Positions 12,806 through 20,000 of a stretch of 20,000 nt of DNA are shown here, one piece after another; positions within the stretch are counted from its first letter, which is position 1, and each line of letters starts with the position of its first letter. A program made the translations under genes and the position numbers. The notes below the pieces were generated by a model that saw nothing but the letters and a program-made list of their open reading frames with translations, made no database searches and was not told the DNA's origin. Source of the DNA: Acanthaster planci (lineage: Eukaryota); the NCBI RefSeq assembly GCF_001949145.1, contig NW_019091355.1:5639118-5659117 (forward strand), given 5' to 3'.

Positions 12806-13245
12806 GCTAAAATTCAAAGCAGGTCTAACTTAGGCATGTTAGGCCTACCTTGCTCATGTCATCTGGTCACGGACGTGACTAAGCTACCTTAGCTCTGCTG
12901 AGTGGAATGTTAGCATTCCTCTTTTTCGATTTTTGGACGGGATCATCATACTAACGCTCCACGCCCATACATATAGTAAGGTGAAAACAGTTCTCAAAAA
13001 TTCCAAAGACTCACCAAAAATACCTCTACTGCCACCTCCTGGCTTCTATAAATGCCAACGGCAAACGGTTGGGGCTTCAATAATATTTCTGACTTCCAAA
13101 TCTGTCAAAATCCGACCGTTTCCACTCTACACACGCACAGCACTTGAACTTTTCGCCGCCTCCTCCCATTCAAATACGGGCATGTAGAGTTTCTGGCACA
13201 ATGAGTCTACGGACAAACATGGAGGTACCGGTAGGCCTAGCGGCC

Positions 13246-13305
13246 TAGCCCAGGTTGGAGGACGTCTACATTAACTGCAATGTAGACGTCGTCCAACCTG
13301 GACTA
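13246..13305. repeat. 60-bp near-perfect hairpin, probably a TA-bounded miniature inverted-repeat element
   Basis: TAGCCCAGGTTGGAGGACGTCTACATT (13246-13272), loop AACTGC, AATGTAGACGTCGTCCAACCTGGACTA (13279-13305): 27-bp arms with 2 mismatches, starting and ending in TA. Confidence 0.85.
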
Positions 13306-16300
13306 CTTACTACTCGACGTGCTAGCGGCCTTGCGTTCCTATGTAGGCCCTACATGAAATGATGCCACAGGCCCATGGCAATATTCTTCAATTTTATTAG
13401 GCCTAATTTAAAATAGTACAAACCCTGACAAAGACAAAAAAACAAGCACAAGGATAAAATCGTTCGCAGAAGTCCTACCTTCTGTAATCCTGTTAAAACG
13501 AACAAAAGTCGCCTTGAAAAGTGAAGAATCCAGTAACAGATTTTCGCATGCATGTATTTAGTAATAGTATCATGCGCCAACAAACACCTCCCGTTGTACC
13601 ATACCAGCACAGAAAATTTACCGTAGGTACGAATGACGTGGTACGGTGCGCATATGCGCGACATTCACAAAATAGACAGATACCAATTCCACATTTTGCT
13701 CGAACTTCTATGTACAAGTCAGGATAATTGACCAAAATGAGCTGACGTTGAAACAAAACTGGCACTCTGTCAATAGGCTTAGTAAAGAGGCGTTTGTTAC
13801 GATTACCAGCGCATTTTGTACAGCATGCATACATGGACATGTACATGTACAGTGTATATCTACTGTACATGTACATGTAGTTTATCGCATGACAGGTGGT
13901 GGTGGACGACCGCACAGTCGTGTTTCACAAATTTTTGAAAAGGAACCACACGCGCAACAAATATCTATTTATGTATAGAAAAACCAAACGTGTTACCAGA
14001 GTCTTTTTACCAACAAAATTTATCCAATAATACATGTAGCTCAAAGTTCTTCAGCGCCCTCAAATAGAGTACAAGCGAATGGGACAAACAACAGTTGCAA
14101 CAAACATTTTTCAGTTTCTCGTAAGTCAGAACCGGATCCCAAAGAAGTGCGGCTTTAGGTGTCTTTCTTTTAGTTACCTCCTATGAGCACGTCTAGTGAT
14201 TTTTAGTTTCCTGAAACTGTTTGTTTTTAACATGTGGTTTCAACCAACCACGCCCCTTCACAAAGCCCGTTCCATTAATGCGGGGGTGCCATTTTTTAAA
14301 TAATGATGTGAAAAGCAATTTCCAGAGTCTGCCGAGCTCAAAAAGTTCAGTTTCAATGTGCCATGTAAGTTTACGGCAAGATCTGAGATGAAAATAAGGC
14401 CATTTCTACAAAGGCGACTCTACAAATGTTTTTATTAGGAAAAAAGTAACATAACAATTGGGGCATTGGAAATGATTACCCCAAAATACAGAAGTTGAAA
14501 ACAAGGCCCCGGATTGAGGAGGAGAGGAGGGGGTGGGAGAGAGCATAGGAGACAAATAATTTAAGATGGCCATTACAAGGTACAGATGTCATTAAAATAT
14601 CATTACAATTTTTTCCAACAGCACCTGCGATCTCAGATGGCCTACAACTATGGGGTAAGAAAGGATAGAACGTGACAGCCCGAATCACTGGTTCAAGTTG
14701 TAGCTCAAAGTACTGGACGTTTTGTCCTCATCTGTACAATACAGCTCTGATCACAAAATATAGGTACTACTATGTCGTGGTTCTGATCGCGAGCGCCCAG
14801 AGCGCCCTCTCAGTTCCATTACAAAGGCGGGTACCAGCGATTAATAGTGCAACGTGCACTCGAGTACTCCCTCTAGTTTCGGGAAGTGCAGCTATTAGTA
14901 CAACCCACAGAAATAATTTGCAAAGTGTTACGAAACCTCTCGCAAATATTAAATCTTTGAATAATCATTGCGTCTATTTATACTAGATAAAACGTCTCAC
15001 ATGTTAACAGTCATGAAACAGAAAGTGTTGCCTACCAAGGGTGACATTTCTGTAAATTTAGGCCGATCAGTATTTGTAAACAAACCGTGTGCTACTACGG
15101 TGCTGCTGTGAGTTTGACAACCTCGGGTACTAGGCCTAAGTGTATGATGTGTGATCGCCGGTGGAGGCCTAGGATACAGAGGGAGTTCTAACTTGTGGCA
15201 ATATTTTGTGGTGTTTTCTTTGCAATTAATTGCAACTTATCGCTGTGACCAGGAAATACAGAAAAAATCTCTAACACTAGATTTACTTCTGCCATCGTAA
15301 ATAAACTTTTTAAAACTGTTAACACATTTCCATTATCTACGCAATGTTTGTGATTTTATTTTGTCACTCCAAAACATCAGTTTTCAAAATTTTTGTACGA
15401 ATTTGGCTATAAGGCTGGCCAACAGCATATTGACCACCACAGGACAGGTAAGTTCATCATACGAACAAAATGCTATTTCATCACAAGGGGCGATCATGAG
15501 ATCTCATAAAATACCTTTTTTGTGTAAATTCCGTATTAAAAGAATATTCAAATAAAACACACAATCTTATAAACAACTTGGCTATTTACCCCCAAATAAA
15601 TCCAGAAGAAAGCGTTTGATAAGGGCAATAAATGAACGTGAACACTTCGGGAACACAGCCTAATACAAACAACTGTGCAAGCATTAAATTTTACGTTGTG
15701 ATCATACAAGGCACCAATGATTGCATGGATATTCAATTTCCTCTTCAGTACAAGAAGTTTAAAGACGTGGATTACCAACGAAAAATTGCGGCGATGGTCA
15801 TAGGGGTGCACCCATGAAAATAAATTCCCATAGACAGCAGTGACAAACTTCACAATATTTCAAAAATACAACTTTCACAGGTGTTCAGGCTGCACAGAAA
15901 AATGATATTCCACATGTCCTCTTTCACTTTCCTTTCAATTTTTAGGGGGTTGACCAATGAATTTTTGAGAAATCCTCACCCAAAGCAGAGACCACCCGTA
16001 AAATTAAAGAAATTTCTTTGCCCTTGAAAGTAGCCATTTTGAAAATGCATCCCTCGGCAAAATAGCTCAAATAGTGCCACTTTCGGACCCAATTGCATCC
16101 AAATTGCTCGGAATTGGAAGCTCTGAGTCCGGCCCAGTGGTCCAGTCTCATATTTCTTCAATTCCTTAGTTCCATGGCTCTCAAGGCCCTCTAATATAGA
16201 ATATTTTGAGTATATGATAACTTTTATTAATGAGCTCGGCGGATATATTTCGCAGCATATTCAAAATATTACTTCGGGATGACAAAGGGAAAATTTCGAC

Positions 16301-16556
16301 ATGAGTGTTTGTTTCGGTGGTTTCTCTAAGAAATCATTCTTCCCCAAATTATCGACGTGATAGCACAGCCCAATGTAAAATCCACGCAGGCGGACCCCGC
16401 AAGGGTTCCAGAAGCTTGCACCGTCAATTACTCTCGGGCTCTATGGCCCTGTTATGTTAACTCTGAACAAGAAGCCAGGAATTCTGTCCATGTAGTTTCC
16501 TGTGTCTGTCATGCTTCACTGCACTGAATCCAGCCTGGAGCCTGCACGCGATGTAC

Positions 16557-16773
16557 GGCCTTTCCACCAATGAATTCATAATTATACACGCATGCGCACA
16601 GAACAAAGTAAAAAAACCTGGGGAAAGTTATCAAAATCGCACCTTGGCCCTGTAGAGGGGTGCGATTTTGGTCATTTTCATTTCCGTACATTTTCAACTG
16701 CCTTGCCGCCAATGCCATCTGTGTGCGTGCATGCGTGCATAATTTCAACTTCACGCATGCGTGATGCGGTGAG
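16557..16773 (+). mobile_element. MITE family A-related, near-complete palindromic copy
   Basis: The left arm GGCCTTTCCACCAATGAATTCATAATTATACACGCATGCGCACA resembles the family terminus and is inverted against TGCATGCGTGCATAATT (~16728-16744). It contains a perfect internal 12-bp IR CAAAATCGCACC (16632-16643) / GGTGCGATTTTG (16659-16670) and a 14-bp palindrome TCACGCATGCGTGA (16751-16764). Confidence 0.65.
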
Positions 16774-17499
16774 CAAAGAGAAACCACAGGACTGTCCCGT
16801 AAGTAACTGTATGCATCATGTGGCACGGCAAACTTCATTATAACTGATAACAGGTGATAGGATTTATCTTTGCGCAGAGGCGATATCGTAACCAATGAGG
16901 TTTAACCGAGGTGCGATTATTGCTAGTTGAAAACTTATCCCAATACCCCGCACTGACGACGTGAAACACCGTCGGCAGCTGCAATTTTTGAAGGTCTCCA
17001 CGGAGGCCCGATGAAATAATAAAGACAGATGACATAATTAAAATGTTAACTGTTAAGTATTTATATCTTCAAGATGATTATTTGTGTAGGGGGGATTGTA
17101 ATTTACAGTGACCAAAAAGTGTTTATTAATACACTGTATATACATTGGGTAAGGACAAAAACCGTTATATCAAGTATTTATAGCACTATTTATCTTCAAC
17201 TTCGACTCATGTAGTCCGATTGTTTGCCCACGTTTTACCAGTATATGAACTGCCCGACTCGTTACAATGCATGCTTGGACAAATGCTATTGCTAGGGCAT
17301 ACCATGTAGCTCTATGGGCATACCGAGCGAAACCATTATTAGCTCGATTACAGACATCTAGGGGGGATATGTTGGGTAACAATAGTCTAGAGTGTGTACA
17401 TGGATTGGACGGGGGGGGGGGGCTCGGCCCATATCGTGCAGAGTATCCTTGACAAGGACCTGCCAAGAAGATTCAAGTGAAATCCTAGTGAAGTCAAGC

Positions 17500-18207
17500 A
17501 ATCGAGTCTCTCAGAGAATGCTTCGTACTTACCACCTGGAATGATTTTTATCGAGGATGATGTTGACCAGATGGTGCTCCAAATGTTTTGCTACACTTTA
17601 GTACAGAGTATTTTCATTTTTTGTCTAATTTGTGTCTATGAAAATACAAGGGCCTACGATCAAAGTCGAACTGTTCAACAAGTAGGCAGATCTGTTGGTC
17701 TCCCAAAGCACTGTATAAATTCCTCACGCGTAAAAAAACAAAAATTGTTGTGTCAGAATCGCATCATTCGTTTCATGCCAAATTTGAAATTTCATTTCAG
17801 TTCTAGGAGTATTCGCCTTCTACCAGGAAGAATCAGAACACAGTGCTACGGTGACTCATTTGTTCACGCACAACGAGACGCTGGAACGAGGAGCTACTGT
17901 GGAACAAGTCCCTTTCGCTGAATGATAATTCCATTAATAATTATTATTTCTGTGCGTGTACACTGTATTTTTATGAATTGTAATTGAATTCTGAGTTTCA
18001 CTGTAAGAGTTGGACTTTTTTATTTACTGTAATCATATCAGTGTTTCATGGGTATGTTCTTGTTTTACTATCTTAACCTGTCTATACATTTTGAGTGTAA
18101 TTTTAGTTTCTATATAATTTTTATTCGTCCTGCCTGTGATTTGTTTTCTCTAAAGGCCACGTAAATTTCCCCAAGAGGGATAATAAGGTTGTTCTGTTCT
18201 ACTATCT
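17500..18207 (+). mobile_element. 5'-truncated, degenerate non-LTR retrotransposon (LINE, probably Rex/Babar within the CR1/L2 group): ORF2 C-terminus plus 3' UTR and tail
   Basis: Translation across frameshifts gives VSQRM..YHL, DVDQMVLQMFCYTLVQSIFIFCLICVYEN, VQQVGRSVG..SRVKK and SSRSIRL..RIRTQCYGDSFVHA. These match the post-RT motifs of Rex/L2-type ORF2 (QRL..LR.L..F.V...L..FY...V.S...FC..CW.GN ... SGRR.R..RT.R...SF.P). A T-rich UTR follows and ends AAATTTCCCCAAGAGGGATAATAAGG (TCCC/GGGA stem), then a short GTTCT/CTAT-type microsatellite tail, typical of Rex1-like 3' ends. Confidence 0.75.
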
Positions 18208-18845
18208 GAGGTCGAAAGGCTGATTTCTTTGGCGTTTATTAAATGATCATCCGTCATCCCATTTTGTTTTATGCTGTACGTCTATGTCATTGAAAAGCAA
18301 ATGGCTCGAAATACATAGGGAAAACTCAGGAAGTTGTCATTAGGCAGTATTATACAGGTATCAGTTTATGTAGTACTTTTGGGTTCACTTTAAATCAAGA
18401 GTGTAAGCAAAACAAAATTTCAAACCAACTTTTTGACCGTGAAGTTTGAGAAACTTTTGAAAAAATGGAAAACCAACAAAAACACAATACAAGTACTTCA
18501 ACATTTCTGTGCAAACAAATATCCCTCCATTTTTTTGTGAAGGTTTGCCTCATTTTCAAACATTCTGGTTAACTTCCTTTCAACCGACTGATATTCCATC
18601 CATTGCCTATTCCTAGACTTTTGTAAATTAATTTAAGGCATAACAATTATATAAACAAATTTCATGAATAGCAATGAACTAACAAACTGAATTTCATCCA
18701 TATCAACACCAAAGTCCATTTTGCATGTAACAACAGATGAGAAGCACACATGAAATTTTAAAGCATTTATAGAGGCATCATTCAGATACTGAACAATATT
18801 TCTGATAATTGGCAAGTACTTTCAGTGCGCTAGATGTCTGTTGCA

Positions 18846-19549
18846 TCACCATGTGATGACATGAACGTCATTAAATTGCCTTCCAGCATGTTCTCCTCCA
18901 AAAAGAAGAATACTGGCCTCCCCAATCCGAGCCGCTATTTGCCCTGCCCTTTTGGGCCATTCCCCTTTTAATTGTGGTACAAGCCATGCCTGGTTCTGTC
19001 CATTGTGGAGGTAAAGTTCATTGACCCCGTCCAACAAGCCCCTGACTGACTTCCCTTGGATGAAGCCTCCGTAGATGACAATCACGCCGTTGACGTCCAC
19101 GGCGCTGTGGTAGCTCCTGCCCGGAGGTGGCTCAACCCTCCTTCCATTTTTCAGCATTGCCTCTGGGAAGCCCGACGAAAAAAGTGCCGGCAGGGGATGC
19201 TTCACTTTGCAAACAATGTGCTCAGTCTCGTGTCGTTGTCGCCCGCCGTATACAAAAGCATATCTAGTGCAAATGCTGGGGGCAAAGGTCACCGTGTGCC
19301 CAGCACGGGATATCGTGCTGCCCGGGAAGGTGGACCACTTGAGTGTCCGGGTGTCCAAGTAGTCAATGTTGCATCCATACTTGGCATGAGTCCCAGTCTC
19401 GCCGCGACCCACGATGAGGATCGTGTGGTCATCCAGGACAGCTGATGCGTGGCTGGAGTGAGGGTCCACCGCGGACATCGTAGCCGTGCAGTCCCTCCAC
19501 TGCCAGGTGGCAAGATTCAGGCAGTGAAGGAAATTACATCGCCTCTTGC
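18846..19549 (-). CDS. KLHDC9: Kelch domain-containing protein 9-like, terminal coding exon (5'-partial; upstream exon(s) outside window)
   Basis: The ORF 18846..19478 extends upstream in frame to a splice acceptor (minus strand ...ttacttaacag|GC AAG AGG, intron AG at 19551-19550, phase 1). This gives (G)KRRCNFLHCLNLATWQW...SSHASAVLDDHTILIVGRG...KYGCNIDYL...TISRAGH...FVYGG...GRSYHSAVDVNGVIVIYGG...NELYL...KRAGQ...LLFGG...NDVHVITW*. It has kelch blades (R-x-x-H, hydrophobic-GG, W). The atypical 'SSH...GR' blade, the 'YG.I..L' segment and the 'T.SR.GH' blade follow the order I recall from vertebrate KLHDC9. The symbol rests on recognition from memory, not a database search. Confidence 0.85.
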
Positions 19550-20000
19550 CTGTTAAGTAAATGCGAGAAAAAAAGTTATCATGGGACTTCTGTGCCCAGG
19601 GTATATCAAAATGAAATTTAAAAAAAAAAGATTGGAAGTAGCTTTGTTACAGTAACCCAGGGTTCCAGCTGGAAAACTTCAATTAATAGCCAAAGTTGTA
19701 GCCAAATAATTGAGTTTAGAGCCATTCTATAAATTTATGAGCCAACATTATGTATTTTGGCTGCCAAATTTGTTTGAAAATAAAGATAAACAAAAGACAT
19801 GTCATTCACTTTGATTCATTTCAGTCTGTGTGGATTGCTTTTCAAATGGATCAATTATTATAAACAGACTAACATTTAATAACTAGAATGGCAAAGCCGC
19901 CATGGCTCGCTGCTTGTTATGAATTTGAATTTCTTTCTTGTAATAACAGGAGACATCCAAGTTATACAAATATGGTTACTAAATCAAACAAGTAAATACT

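Larger units (their letters stand above)
5400..13183 (-). pseudogene. Putative decayed multi-exon gene of unknown family
   Basis: Colinear minus-strand blocks are bounded by canonical splice signals and give protein-like but stop- and frameshift-broken translations. 13183-13015: ATG...G|GTGAGT, MPVFEWEEAAKSSSAVRV*SGNGRILTDLEVRNIIEAPTVCRWHL*KPGGGSRGIF. ~12309-11960: strong polypyrimidine acceptor. 11849-11288: ttttcag ... |GTAAGT. 10192-9916: ttttctttttatctttcag ... CAG|GTAAAT. 9840-9437. 8227-~8007: EEEQDPLLGSFSRLKEILNSISGTSPVHVSWNGFAPRLK. 7738-7261: INHFLPGDSRSRHYALRGRGFRTRTKGTGPYDKRPYSEQKTRLLGITDIF ... |GTAAGT. The 3' limit is uncertain, and stop density in some blocks is near random. Confidence 0.5.

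Noticed and set aside
7261..13183. Alternative genetic code or stop readthrough explaining the in-frame stops
   Set aside because: All three stop codons and apparent frameshifts occur, and the neighbouring kelch exon is clean in the standard code. Decay is the simpler explanation.
13913..13945. RSS heptamer-like CACAGTC as a Transib/ProtoRAG end
   Set aside because: Imperfect heptamer, no convincing nonamer and no matching opposite end in the window.
14960..15350. Weak inverted similarity (CATTGCGT...TGTTAACAGT versus ACTGTTAACA...ACGCAATG)
   Set aside because: Only two short matches with unequal spacing, and no termini can be defined.
17411..17422. G12 homopolymer as a possible G-quadruplex
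   Set aside because: An isolated simple run with no supporting context.
13350..17466. Numerous 60-140 aa ORFs in the supplied track
   Set aside because: No recognisable domains or coherent splice structure. Many run through MITEs or TACATG repeats.
18235..18240. AATAAA on the minus strand as the kelch gene's poly(A) signal
   Set aside because: About 600 nt past the stop in AT-rich DNA, so a chance occurrence is likely without transcript data.
19056..19513. ORFs 19056..19445 (+) and 19289..19513 (-)
   Set aside because: Shadow frames overlapping the GC-rich kelch exon, with no recognisable motifs.
18846..19549. RAG2-like kelch protein of a ProtoRAG-type transposon
   Set aside because: The motif order matches KLHDC9. 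I found no RAG1/Transib core motifs on the opposite strand, no PHD finger and no paired RSS-like TIRs.
19883..19903. Helitron-like 3' end (CTAG next to an ATGGC/GCCAT hairpin)
   Set aside because: The stem is only 5 bp and abuts the CTAG. The element would extend beyond the window, so it cannot be supported.

Overview
Eukaryotic, AT-rich genomic DNA, probably from a marine invertebrate (inferred from spliceosomal splice sites, very dense TACATGTA/TAGGCCTA motifs, and the MITE and LINE types). The only clearly intact coding sequence is the terminal exon of a minus-strand KLHDC9-like kelch-repeat gene (18846-19549); its upstream exon(s) lie beyond the window. The rest is transposon debris: a 5'-truncated Rex/Babar-type LINE (~17500-18207), a hAT-like element with 13-bp TIRs and a PIP-box N-terminal peptide (8381-9393), a palindromic MITE family (3163-3278, 3698-3838, 16557-16773), a 60-bp hairpin and a cluster of 24-bp repeats. 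Less certain is a large, heavily decayed multi-exon minus-strand gene of unrecognised family (ATG at 13183, exon-like blocks down to about 5.4 kb). It lies in a domain (1-14040) saturated with TA-[short spacer]-TA motifs that resemble transposon excision footprints and stop abruptly near 14 kb. Most ORFs in the supplied track look spurious. I found no clearly functional novel system; the decayed gene and the footprint domain are the best leads.
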